NCBI GenBank assembly: GCA_020633675.1
Contig: JACKDE010000002.1
Span: 624,644-688,643 of the forward strand
Reading direction: 5' to 3'
Length of the DNA stretch: 64,000 bases
Source: Deferribacteres bacterium
Lineage (GTDB): Bacteria > Zhuqueibacterota > Zhuqueibacteria > Zhuqueibacterales > Geothermadaptataceae
Positions 38,299 through 47,899 of the stretch are shown here, piece after piece (position 1 is the first letter of the stretch; the number at the start of each line of letters is the position of its first letter). The position numbers and the translations under genes are program-made. The notes beneath the pieces were generated by a model. The model worked only from the letters and a program-made list of their open reading frames with translations. It was not told the DNA's origin and did not search any database.

Positions 38299-39435
38299 TT
38301 ACGACCTGTCAGAGCGGATTTGCCCATAAAGCTGCATGATTCTATCCGCAAGCGCTTCCCATGAATAAGTGTATGCATCTTTTTGCATTGCCTTGGCAAA
38401 TGGCGTTCTGCAGCGATTGTTGAAATAAAAGGCCATCTTTTCGGCAAGCTCGGCGCTGGAAAGTGAACGCACAACCAGACCCGACTCGCCATCACGGACG
38501 CTTTCGGCCAGGCTGCCAACATCGGTGACGATCATGGGTAGCGAAAAGTGATAGGCGATGTGCGCAACACCGCTCTGTGTTGCCGATTTGTAAGGCAAAA
38601 CCAGCACATCCGCTGCTGAAAAAAGTTGTGCCACCTCATCATCGTTGACATAGCGCACCAACAGTTTAATTTTGTGTCCCACTCCCGCAGTATCGATCAT
38701 TTTTTGGTATTCGGCAAAATCACCATACATCTCGCCTGCCACGACCAGCAAATGGTCATCCGGCAGGTGATGCATGGCCTCGATCAGCAAATCCAATCCT
38801 TTGTATTTTCGAATAAATCCGAAAAACAGCGAGACGTTTTTGTCCAATGGGATGCCAAGTTGTGCACGCGCTGTTTCAATTGGCAGCGGTGCGCCGAAAT
38901 GCTGATAGACGGGATGCGGTGTTTGCAGCGAAAGTGCATCTGGCTTGAGCGATAACAAATCTTGTTGCACAACATCGCTCAGAGCGATAAAGCCATCGTG
39001 ACGGTTGAAAAAATAGCGTAGCAATTGCAGGTCACCCGGTCTTTTCTCGTGCGGCACAACATTGTGCAAAATAGCGATGGCGGGTATGCCAGCCTTGCGC
39101 ACCTTGCCAGCCAAATAGCCTGTAGATGGTGCAAAAAAAGGCATCCAGAAATTGTTGATGAGCAGGTCGGGCTGCGCGGACAAAATGCGACTTGCTGTAC
39201 GATAATAACTGATCGGATTGATCGAATCGAGGCATTGCTCGGCAGAAATCGCATCCGCCTTGTCGCCATCGGTGACAAACTGTGTTTGTCCGGGGAAAAG
39301 CAGGCTGGGGTACTGGCGGGTGAAGGTGAAGCCGCTCACCTGGTGTTTTTTCTCAAGCTCGCGATAAAGTGCAGCGCCGAATTGTGCGATGCCGCCGCGA
39401 AATGGGTAGAGCGTCGAAAAAAGGGCAATACGCAT
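38299..39435 (-). CDS. Glycosyltransferase family 4 (GT-B, group 1)
   Basis: MRIALFSTLYPFRGG N-terminus. C-terminal sugar-nucleotide binding region (E..G..P). 378 aa. Confidence 0.75.
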   Translation of the reverse strand: MRIALFSTLYPFRGGIAQFGAALYRELEKKHQVSGFTFTRQYPSLLFPGQTQFVTDGDKADAISAEQCLDSINPISYYRTASRILSAQPDLLINNFWMPFFAPSTGYLAGKVRKAGIPAIAILHNVVPHEKRPGDLQLLRYFFNRHDGFIALSDVVQQDLLSLKPDALSLQTPHPVYQHFGAPLPIETARAQLGIPLDKNVSLFFGFIRKYKGLDLLIEAMHHLPDDHLLVVAGEMYGDFAEYQKMIDTAGVGHKIKLLVRYVNDDEVAQLFSAADVLVLPYKSATQSGVAHIAYHFSLPMIVTDVGSLAESVRDGESGLVVRSLSSAELAEKMAFYFNNRCRTPFAKAMQKDAYTYSWEALADRIMQLYGQIRSDRS

Positions 39436-39464
39436 GACTCGATTGAACTCGTGAATAGTAGTGG

Positions 39465-40427
39465 CTATGGCTCATTGGCGGGCTGCACACCGATGGTGTT
39501 GCGCAAGCTGTAACGCGTTTGAGTGGCCTGCGACTGCGTGATCATCTCGCCGAGCAGGCCAAGCGAAATAAATTGAATGCCGATAATCACCAGCAAAATG
39601 CCCAAAAACAGCAACGGGCGGTTGGTGAGATAGACTTTCAGGAATATGCGCTCGAAAGCCAGCATGGTGCACACAACCGATCCGGCGATGAACGACAGCA
39701 TGCCCAGCCCGCCAAAAAGATGCAGTGGCCGCCGCACATAGCGCGATAGAAAAATCAAGGTGATTAAGTCGAGGAAGCCGCTGAGAAAACGCGATGGGCC
39801 GAATTTGCTCTCTCCATATTTGCGTGGATGGTGCCGCACGATTTTCTCGCCAACGCGAAAGCCCTGCTGCGAAGCCAGTACAGGCAAAAAGCGATGCCGT
39901 TGCCCATAAACCTGAATCGAGGTGACCACCTCGCGACGGTAAATTTTGAGCCCGCAATTCATATCGTGCAAACGCACGCCGGTGGCTTTACCTGTAACCC
40001 CGTTGAAAATTTTTGAAGAGATGCGTTTGATGATCGGATCGAAGCGCTCTTTTTTCCAGCCGGAAATCAAATCGTAGCCTTCTTCCAACTTGGCAATCAA
40101 GGACGGGATTTCAGCGGGATCATCCTGCAGGTCGGCGTCCATGGTGACGACGTAATTTCCGCGAGCATGCGAGAAGCCCTCCGCCAAAGCCGCGGATTTG
40201 CCAAAGTTGCGGCGAAACTGCAGCACCACGACGCGCGGATCTTTTTTGTGCAAAGTGCGCAAAACTTCAAAAGAGTCGTCGGTTGAGCCGTCGTCAACAA
40301 AAATAAACTCGGCGGTCAGCTTTTGTTCGTTCACAACCGCTGAAAGCTGTTGATGCAACTCCGGCAAGGATTTGCTTTCGTTGAAAAGCGGGATGATGAC
40401 GGAAATGTCAAGCGCTTGTTGGGACAC
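39465..40427 (-). CDS. Glycosyltransferase family 2, polyprenyl-phosphate sugar transferase type (ArnC/DPM1-like) with C-terminal TM pair
   Basis: VIIPLFNE...FVDDGSTD...MDADLQDDP (DxD). Two C-terminal TM helices. Confidence 0.85.
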   Translation of the reverse strand: MSQQALDISVIIPLFNESKSLPELHQQLSAVVNEQKLTAEFIFVDDGSTDDSFEVLRTLHKKDPRVVVLQFRRNFGKSAALAEGFSHARGNYVVTMDADLQDDPAEIPSLIAKLEEGYDLISGWKKERFDPIIKRISSKIFNGVTGKATGVRLHDMNCGLKIYRREVVTSIQVYGQRHRFLPVLASQQGFRVGEKIVRHHPRKYGESKFGPSRFLSGFLDLITLIFLSRYVRRPLHLFGGLGMLSFIAGSVVCTMLAFERIFLKVYLTNRPLLFLGILLVIIGIQFISLGLLGEMITQSQATQTRYSLRNTIGVQPANEP

Positions 40428-40431
40428 GGGC

Positions 40432-41349
40432 TCAGTCTTCCTGTTTGCGAATCAGTCTTTTGCGTTTGGCATTTTCCGGTACATTGTAAGAAAACGCCTC
40501 CAGGGTCAGCCGCTGGTTAAGCGCAATTTGGGAATACCAGACCGTCAGCCGTTCTTTTCGCTGAGGACGCGTCAGCTGAATATGCTGCGGTACCCAAACG
40601 CCGTCGATTTTTCGAAAGCGGCGGAATACCTGCCGGAAAGTTTCGCGATTTTCCTGGTCAAAAAGCTGGATTCGGGTGATGACCAGCTTGTCGGGATCGA
40701 TTTCGTACACCAGGTTTTGGCCCTCGTGCGGCTGGGAAAACACGATCTTTTTGTCCTGCCGCTCAATGCGCGTATCGCTTTGCATAGGAAAACGCGCTGC
40801 ACCGAGAATGGAGTTCAGCAATTCCTGGTAGGCAATGCGCATGTTGAACAAAATCAGACTGCCGATTTGTTCGACATCGCCGATCAGGTAAGTGTTGTCG
40901 AGCGGTGAGTAGCTGTGAAAGGATTCGCCGTCCGCAAACAAAAAACCGACATCGACACCAAAAGCTGCCTCGGTCACAATGTACAAGGAGTCCGGCCGGG
41001 CGACGCGAATGGTGACTTCGCCACGAAACGGTGTTTCCGGCATTTCAATCACCAGATTGCCTTTGCCGGACAATGTGCGAATGCGCTGATTGTTTTGGTC
41101 CACTTTCTCCAGAATTTCAGCAGCAGTCAACTTCGATGCATCTATGGCAGCACCGCCACCGGCGCAACTATATACAAAAGCAGAGGCGAACAGAGTGAAA
41201 GCTGAAAGTAAAAAAGCGCACCTGTTGATTCTCTGCAAGGTTGATTGCAAGGCAGACGGAATAGAAATATTAGATTGTTGCAAAAGCGTTCTCGTTTGTC
41301 GGTTAAGATTGATATGATGCGGGGGTAGAGGGTGTCCCAAAGCATTCAT
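40432..41349 (-). CDS. Lipoprotein of unknown function (DUF4292/LolA-like candidate)
   Basis: Signal peptide with Cys (FVYSCAGG) after a probably untranslated N-terminal extension. Beta-rich. Sits in the GT/TPR envelope cluster. Confidence 0.4.
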   Translation of the reverse strand: MNALGHPLPPHHINLNRQTRTLLQQSNISIPSALQSTLQRINRCAFLLSAFTLFASAFVYSCAGGGAAIDASKLTAAEILEKVDQNNQRIRTLSGKGNLVIEMPETPFRGEVTIRVARPDSLYIVTEAAFGVDVGFLFADGESFHSYSPLDNTYLIGDVEQIGSLILFNMRIAYQELLNSILGAARFPMQSDTRIERQDKKIVFSQPHEGQNLVYEIDPDKLVITRIQLFDQENRETFRQVFRRFRKIDGVWVPQHIQLTRPQRKERLTVWYSQIALNQRLTLEAFSYNVPENAKRKRLIRKQED

Positions 41350-41439
41350 TTTTAAGTCATTCCCGCTTTCAAGGGAATGACGGTTCGTTTGTTTGCAGAC
41401 AGCCCCTAAAAAATTTTAGGCCATATATCGCTCAGATTA

Positions 41440-43308
41440 CTACTCTGGCTTGTTTTCGAGTTGTTCGAGCTTTTCGAGCAGCGTTTTGCGTGTGCCATCT
41501 ATCTGGTACGCTTTACGCCAGGCTCTGATGGCCTCTTCGTACTGGCCAAGCTTTTCGTGCACGTCGCCAAGGTGCTCCCAAACTTCCGCACTGCTGTCAC
41601 GCACCTGCAGCGACCGCTGGATATACTCCAGAGCACTCTGGTAATCGCCGAGCTGATACAATACCCAGCCTTTGGTGTCAAGATAGGAGCCATTTTCTGG
41701 CTCGACTTCCAGGGCGCGATCCACCAATTCATTTGCGTATTCGAGCCGGATGCCGCGCTCGGACAGGCTGTAGCCGTAGTTGTTGTTAAAAACGCTGTTT
41801 TTGGGTGACAATCGCAGCGCGCGCTCATACAGCGAATCGGAGATGGTGTAGTTACCCTTGCCGTCATAAATCGATGCCAAAATACCCATGGCGCGAAAAT
41901 CGTTGCCATCGACTTCGATGGCCTTCTCAAAGTACGGAACCGATTCGTCGGCACGTTGTTGCTGATACAAAATAAAACCAAGCATATAGTTGGCGTCTTT
42001 GTTGTCCGGTGCCAACTCCAGGGCGTTGCGTAAGGATCTCTCGGCACTCTCAAGGCTGTCGATGCGGATGTATGTTTCGCTTAACATCAGCCACAGCGCG
42101 GGCTCCTTGGGATTGACTTCTACGGCCTTCGATAAATACTTGATCGTATCCAGCCATTTCGAGCCAAAATAACTGAGTTGGCCACGGTTGTAATAGGAAC
42201 GCCAGTCATCCGGGCGCTGCTCGATGATTTGTTCGAAAAGCGTCTCGGCTTTGAGCGTGTCGCCGGCTTGCAAATAGAGAAAGCCAACCTGTCCGGGATC
42301 GGCCAAATCTGAACGCTCCAGCTTTGCCAGCATTTTTTTTGCGCTCAGTGTGTCGCCGGCTTCCAGGTAGAGCAGGGCGAGCTGGCCAATGCTGGTCACG
42401 GCTGATGAGTCTCTGGCAACGGCTTGTTCGTAGAGCGCGATGGCGGCATTCATATCTCCGGCTTCGAGAAAAAGCTGTTGCAGTTCCGAACGCACCACTT
42501 CAAATTCAGGATGTGCATCAAGCGTTTTTTCAAACCACTCAATCAGACCATCTTTGTCATTCTGCGCTTTAAAAACCTCGCCAACATCGATATAACCCTG
42601 CTCTTCGTCAGGCGATTCTTTGATCCAGCTTTGCAGCGTCTGCATGGCTTCATCAAAACGCTGTTCCTGAACATACAGCAGACCGAGGGGGCGCCAAATA
42701 TCGGGTGTGGCATAGCCCAGCTTGACAATATGTTCAAATTCCGCGATGGCCTTTTCATTTTCTTCACTGCGCAAGTAGAGTGAAGCCAGCCGCACACGAT
42801 AGTCGATATCGACTTGTGTAATGGAAATCAAGCGCTTATAGGTGCGGATGGCTGCTTCATTTTCCTGCTTTAGTTCATACAAAAAAGCCAGGTTTTCAAG
42901 CAGCTCAATGTGACTTGAATCGATCGCCGCACCCTGCTTGAGCATCTCCATCGCCGTGTCGAAGCGGTTCATTTTTTGGTAAACTTGCGCGATTGCCAGA
43001 AACAGGGCTGGAGCGTTGGGCGCATACACACGGGCTTCCTGATAAGCTTCCAGTGCATTGCGATAATCGCCAACCAGCTCGGCAACACTGCCTCGAATCA
43101 TCAAAGTTTCAACACGTGGATTGATTTCGACCCTGCCGGATTGGGCTTCGCTCGCTGGCGTGGTGGCAATTTGCATGCGAGATGAGCCACAACCGGTTGT
43201 CATCAAAATGAACAGAATGGCGAAAAGATATGTGGCCCGCTTAACGAACTTTATCGGAGTGGAGAAAAAATGCTTCAAATCAAAAAACGAGAAATTTATA
43301 TACAACAT
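41440..43308 (-). CDS. Large TPR-repeat lipoprotein
   Basis: Lipobox (LMTTGCG), then more than 12 TPR units (AL..Y....Y..A...Y.KAL..DP). 622 aa. Confidence 0.8.
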   Translation of the reverse strand: MLYINFSFFDLKHFFSTPIKFVKRATYLFAILFILMTTGCGSSRMQIATTPASEAQSGRVEINPRVETLMIRGSVAELVGDYRNALEAYQEARVYAPNAPALFLAIAQVYQKMNRFDTAMEMLKQGAAIDSSHIELLENLAFLYELKQENEAAIRTYKRLISITQVDIDYRVRLASLYLRSEENEKAIAEFEHIVKLGYATPDIWRPLGLLYVQEQRFDEAMQTLQSWIKESPDEEQGYIDVGEVFKAQNDKDGLIEWFEKTLDAHPEFEVVRSELQQLFLEAGDMNAAIALYEQAVARDSSAVTSIGQLALLYLEAGDTLSAKKMLAKLERSDLADPGQVGFLYLQAGDTLKAETLFEQIIEQRPDDWRSYYNRGQLSYFGSKWLDTIKYLSKAVEVNPKEPALWLMLSETYIRIDSLESAERSLRNALELAPDNKDANYMLGFILYQQQRADESVPYFEKAIEVDGNDFRAMGILASIYDGKGNYTISDSLYERALRLSPKNSVFNNNYGYSLSERGIRLEYANELVDRALEVEPENGSYLDTKGWVLYQLGDYQSALEYIQRSLQVRDSSAEVWEHLGDVHEKLGQYEEAIRAWRKAYQIDGTRKTLLEKLEQLENKPE

Positions 43309-43463
43309 CCGGTTATCTGCCTGGTCTTATTTGTGTTAAATCGCGAAAAAATATATGATTTCGCCTGCAGAATGACAAGCAAAATTTAGTGAATTATTTC
43401 TTGTCGGGAATGCATGCCGCATCTATATTAAGCACCAAAACCTCAATTTTAAGGAGCATCGAT

Positions 43464-44846
43464 ATGATGAATCGAATAATGAAATGGGTGGCGATTTTTC
43501 TATTTTGCCTGACAGCAGGCCAAACTGCGGAACTTTTTTCCGCAGATGCCAAAGAAGTCTATGCCGCGCGCAGACAAGCCTTTGTCGAGAAAATGGGAGC
43601 GAATAGCGTAGCGATCATCAAGGCCGCGCCCGAAGTCAATCGCAATGGTGATGTCGATTATTTTTATCGTCAGAATAGCGATTTTTATTATCTTACCGGA
43701 TTGGATGAACCGGAAGCGGTTTTGATTCTGAGCAAGCGCGGTGTTTTTTTGCGCGGCTCCTTTCAGCGTGCCAATGAACTTTTGCTGATGCGCGAACGCA
43801 ATCCGCACCGCGAAATGTGGGACGGCTATATGATCGGCGTCGAGCGCGCGCCGGACATGCTTGGTATCGAAGCAGCCCGGTCAATCGACGAGCTCGAAAC
43901 CTACATGACCTCTGTTGTCCGTGGCGCGGACACACTGTACTTGAAAGTCGAAAATGTCGGATTTGATCAGCCGTTAAACGCAGAACTGGATTTTATCAAA
44001 AAGGCCCGTCAGCGTTTGAACGATTTTGCCGTCGTGGATCCGGCCGGCATTTTGGTGCCAATGCGTCAGAAAAAAGATGCCCACGAACTTGAATTGCTCA
44101 AAAAAGCTATCGAAATTACCGGCAAAGGCCACCTTGATGTCATGCGCACTGCCAAGCCGGGTATGTATGAATATCAACTCGAAGCGACACTCGAGCATGC
44201 TTTCCAGTACAATGGCGCCGAGCGCGAAGGCTTTCCATCCATCGTCGGATCCGGGCCGAATTCCTGCATTTTGCACTATAACACCAATCGTCGCCAGACT
44301 GAAAAAGGCGACATGGTGGTGCTGGACATCGGCGCCGAGTATGGCATGTACACTGCTGACATCACCCGCACTATTCCGATCAGCGGCAAATTCACCAAAG
44401 AGCAAAAAGCGATTTACAGCATCGTTTTGGAAGCACAGGATGCCGGCATTGCTGCAGCGGTGGTTGGCGCAAGTTTCCGGGCACCGAACATGGCTGCATA
44501 TGCCAAAATTCAGGAAGGGCTGCAAAAGCTGGGGATTTTGAAAGAAGATGCCGGGCGCGGCGCAGTACGCGACTTTTTGCCGCACGGCGTCAGCCACTAC
44601 CTCGGCCTCGATGTGCATGACGTCGGGACCTACGGCAACCTGCAAGTGAATGATGTCATTACCGTTGAGCCCGGAATTTATATTTCGGAGTCGGTGGCAA
44701 AAAAATATGACCTGCCGAAAGCCTACTGGAACATCGGCGTGCGCATTGAGGATGATGTGTTGATTACCGATAACGGCCCGGAACTGCTGTCCTTCCACGC
44801 GCCGCGCAAGCCGGAAGAAATCGAAAAAGTCATGGCCGGGAAATAG
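43464..44846 (+). CDS. pepP: Xaa-Pro aminopeptidase (M24B, PepP-like), secreted
   Basis: HYNTNRRQ...VLDIGAEY...HGVSHYLGLDVHD...EPGIY...RIEDDV metal-ligand pattern of M24. The start is moved to MMNRIMKW, which has an AAGGAG RBS and a signal peptide. Confidence 0.85.
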   Translation: MMNRIMKWVAIFLFCLTAGQTAELFSADAKEVYAARRQAFVEKMGANSVAIIKAAPEVNRNGDVDYFYRQNSDFYYLTGLDEPEAVLILSKRGVFLRGSFQRANELLLMRERNPHREMWDGYMIGVERAPDMLGIEAARSIDELETYMTSVVRGADTLYLKVENVGFDQPLNAELDFIKKARQRLNDFAVVDPAGILVPMRQKKDAHELELLKKAIEITGKGHLDVMRTAKPGMYEYQLEATLEHAFQYNGAEREGFPSIVGSGPNSCILHYNTNRRQTEKGDMVVLDIGAEYGMYTADITRTIPISGKFTKEQKAIYSIVLEAQDAGIAAAVVGASFRAPNMAAYAKIQEGLQKLGILKEDAGRGAVRDFLPHGVSHYLGLDVHDVGTYGNLQVNDVITVEPGIYISESVAKKYDLPKAYWNIGVRIEDDVLITDNGPELLSFHAPRKPEEIEKVMAGK

Positions 44847-45000
44847 CTTTATTTTATGGATTAGCTGGAAAAATGATGCCATCTCACGCAAAGTCACAAA
44901 GACGCAAAACATTCGTAAAGTTGTTTCCTTTGCGAAAATTTTTGCTGCTTAGCGGCTCTGCGTGAACTCTTTTTCCATTAAAATGATCTGAAAAACGCGG

Positions 45001-45363
45001 GTGGCGACGATGGATGACAAACTCTATTTCTACCGCGCCAAAGTCATCAGTGTTTATGATGGCGATACCTGCACGGTTCACATCGATCTCGGCCTGAAAA
45101 TGTGGGTGCACAGCGAGAAAATCCGCCTCAGCCGCATCAATGCACCGGAAATGCGCGGGCCGGAAAAGGAGCAGGGCAGGCAATCGCGGGATTATTTGCG
45201 CGGACTGATTCTGGGCAAGAATATTTTGCTGCAAACCCAAAAAGATCAGCAAGGCAAGTACGGTCGCTATCTCGGCGAAATCTGGCTGGAGATCGATGGC
45301 CAGTGGCAGAATGTCAACGACATGCTGGTGCAGAACGGTTTTGCTGAATACAAGGACTATTGA
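45001..45363 (+). CDS. Staphylococcal-nuclease-like (thermonuclease/SNase fold) protein
   Basis: VYDGDTCTVHIDLG...IRLSRINAPEMRG...GRYLGEIW matches the SNase catalytic core. 120 aa, no signal peptide. Confidence 0.7.
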   Translation: MATMDDKLYFYRAKVISVYDGDTCTVHIDLGLKMWVHSEKIRLSRINAPEMRGPEKEQGRQSRDYLRGLILGKNILLQTQKDQQGKYGRYLGEIWLEIDGQWQNVNDMLVQNGFAEYKDY

Positions 45364-45487
45364 ACCTGCCTGGCTTTGCGCTACAATCCTGTTGACAGAA
45401 TTCACACGATTTTCAGGATAATAACGTGGCATGCTGCTCTTCGAATTTAATCCTGTTCATCCAGCCCAAATCCAATTTTGATCAAAT

Positions 45488-46369
45488 ATGAAAATCGCCA
45501 TTCTCGCTGACATTCATGGCAACATCCACAGCCTCGAAGCCGTGCTCGAAGATATCGAGCGGCAGCACGTCGAACAGGTGGTGGTGAATGGCGATTTGGT
45601 CAATCGCGGACCGAACAGCCTGGCCGTGCTGGAGCGCCTGTGGGGCAATAACTTCATTTTCACCCTCGGCAACCACGACGATCTGGTGCGGATGTGGGTC
45701 GAGCACGATCCGAAAATTCCGGCGGCATGGTACAGCGATCCGTTTTGGGCCGGCACTGCTGATCTCGCCAAGGAGCTTGCAGCAGCCGGTTGGATCGATC
45801 TGCTCCGCAGCTTCAACATGCGCCACGAAATCTGCCTGCCCGGCGCGCCCAGAGTGCTGATCGCGCACGGCAGCCCGCGCCACTATCGTGAAGGGCTGGC
45901 GCTGTACACGCCCGAAAAAATCCTGTACGAACTGGCCACGGAATTCGACGCTGATATTTTCATCGGATCGCACACCCATCGCCCGCTCGATCGCACCTTT
46001 CGCACGCACCGTTTCATCAATACCGGTGCGGTCGGCACACCGTTCAACCGCAATCCGCATGCGCAGTACCTGCTGATGCGCTACCACAAGCAAGACTGGC
46101 ACGCCGAGTTTCGCTCGGTGCCGTACGACCGCGATGCAGCGATTGCCGCTTTTGCGGATACCGGCTACCTTGAGAAGGGACTGCTCAGTGCACACATTTT
46201 CCGCGAAGAACTGATTCACGCCTCGCCGTTGTTCGATCCGTTTTGGCGCTGGACGGGCCACAACCAAAAGCCGCGCGACTGGGCATCGTGGACGGAATTT
46301 CGCGAAATGAATCAGGATCGATTCGCTCGAATCTGCGATAGGGGCGTTACAGTGAGGTCAGAAATGTGA
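45488..46369 (+). CDS. Calcineurin-like metallophosphoesterase
   Basis: ILADIHGN...NGDLVNRGP...GNHD motifs. 293 aa. Confidence 0.8.
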   Translation: MKIAILADIHGNIHSLEAVLEDIERQHVEQVVVNGDLVNRGPNSLAVLERLWGNNFIFTLGNHDDLVRMWVEHDPKIPAAWYSDPFWAGTADLAKELAAAGWIDLLRSFNMRHEICLPGAPRVLIAHGSPRHYREGLALYTPEKILYELATEFDADIFIGSHTHRPLDRTFRTHRFINTGAVGTPFNRNPHAQYLLMRYHKQDWHAEFRSVPYDRDAAIAAFADTGYLEKGLLSAHIFREELIHASPLFDPFWRWTGHNQKPRDWASWTEFREMNQDRFARICDRGVTVRSEM

Positions 46370-46528
46370 GCACCGTGATCATCAGCACGGCGATAAGGAG
46401 CGGTACAAGTTTGAGGTTAAACTCTGTTTCAGTCTGGTGTTTGGTTTCGATGTCTGTCATATATTTGCCTTGAAAAGAACGCGTTTGCATGGCCGATTAC
46501 AACACGGCACGTCGTGAACTGCAACACG

Positions 46529-47008
46529 TTACACTGTTTCATCTTCAGGGGAATCCGCAGCCGCGCCGGGCTTGTCAAAAGCGTCGGCGTATTTCGGATC
46601 CTTAAAGTCTTCCACCCGCATTTCAATCTGACGATTAAAAATCGGATAAAGTTTTTTCATCAACTCGCCGTCTGCATCGAGTTGCGTGACGATGGTCATC
46701 TGCGCAAACTCGACCAGCACAACGGCGGCATCTTCGCCTTTGCCGATTTTGGTTTTTTTCTGCTTCACGTTGAACGGCTTGATGGTGCCGGCTGGCAGCG
46801 TCACCGCCTCGCCGGTTTCCTGATGCACAAAATTGATCGTCACCAGGCCTTTGACCATGCTGGTAAACAGGTGCCCGACCTGCAGGCTGTTGTCGAGCTC
46901 AGCCTCGATTTGAATGTGCAGCAGCGGGATGATATCGCCATCGGGATTCTTGTCTTCCGCCGGCCAATATTTTTTAATGATCGCATTTTCAAAAGTCATC
47001 GCAGGCAC
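46529..47008 (-). CDS. Hypothetical protein
   Basis: 159-aa ORF, acidic C-terminus, no recognised motif. Confidence 0.45.
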   Translation of the reverse strand: MPAMTFENAIIKKYWPAEDKNPDGDIIPLLHIQIEAELDNSLQVGHLFTSMVKGLVTINFVHQETGEAVTLPAGTIKPFNVKQKKTKIGKGEDAAVVLVEFAQMTIVTQLDADGELMKKLYPIFNRQIEMRVEDFKDPKYADAFDKPGAAADSPEDETV

Positions 47009-47283
47009 GTCCTCGCAAAGCGGTGAATATCGTCAAAATAAACGGCCGCAATAATACACAGAAATTTTGCCGTTTGCAAGTGATTCTTTTGTGGGGAGAG
47101 CTTTTGAAAAAGGCAAATACGAAAAAAATTGAGGGTTGTGCTACAAGATAGTGGATAGATTTTTTGTGTATTTTTTAGGGATTTCAAGGTATTTTTGAAA
47201 GTGCTCACTCTCCTGTTGAGTCTGAGCATTTAATCCTTTCAAAATAGTGGCAAATGTTTTAAAACAGGATTTCGATTTCGATC

Positions 47284-47535
47284 CTAAATCGCACCTGCCT
47301 GATACGATTTGCCGAGCGGTTTGAAGGTCGATGTCTCTTGACGTTGTAATTTGGCTTCGATCTCTTCAAATTTTTTGATCAATTCGGGTGTGTACAATCT
47401 TTCGCCACAGTGCTGGCAAATGCCAACTTTTGCCTCCACGAAGGCTGTGTTAACGCCGCCAGAAAGTACTTCGGTTACCTGCTTCTCGACAATCTCTCCG
47501 CCGCAGCTTGGGCATTTTTCAAGAAATTTCGTCAT
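47284..47535 (-). CDS. YgiT-type zinc-ribbon protein
   Basis: CPSCGG ... CQHCGE four-Cys ribbon (MqsA N-domain-like). 83 aa. Confidence 0.55.
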   Translation of the reverse strand: MTKFLEKCPSCGGEIVEKQVTEVLSGGVNTAFVEAKVGICQHCGERLYTPELIKKFEEIEAKLQRQETSTFKPLGKSYQAGAI

Positions 47536-47704
47536 CGGAAACCACCCCTGCTCGCTTCATTTAATGGGCAAGAAACGATGCGCTTGCAGTCACATTTCAC
47601 TTCAACGGCAAGCGTCCCTCCGCAGGCAAGGTCAAAATCGAAAATCAGCTTCGAAAAGTCAAGCAGAATTTTGCTTGCATCAAGCTGCCCACGTCTCGTT
47701 TGCA

Positions 47705-47733
47705 TTGACAATGTGCAGAATATCTGCTATGCT
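47705..47733 (+). promoter_or_regulatory. Sigma-70-like promoter for the S9 peptidase gene
   Basis: TTGACA-17 nt-TATGCT. Confidence 0.4.
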
Positions 47734-47899
47734 GTTTCGTTGGCGAAAATGGTGGACAAGGTATGCGGGTTGAGCACTGCATTTGCAAGAGATTTGGCAT
47801 TTTTCTACGCTCAACACGGACGCTAGAAATTTTCAAGATATCAAGCGATTGGCCAATGAAAAGGCCGCGTATTTTCCAATCCAAATAAGAGAGGGTGTC

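Noticed and set aside
43974-44912. 312-aa minus-strand ORF
   Set aside because: Antisense to pepP, which has clear M24 motifs.
45482-46267. 261-aa minus-strand ORF
   Set aside because: Antisense to the metallophosphoesterase gene.
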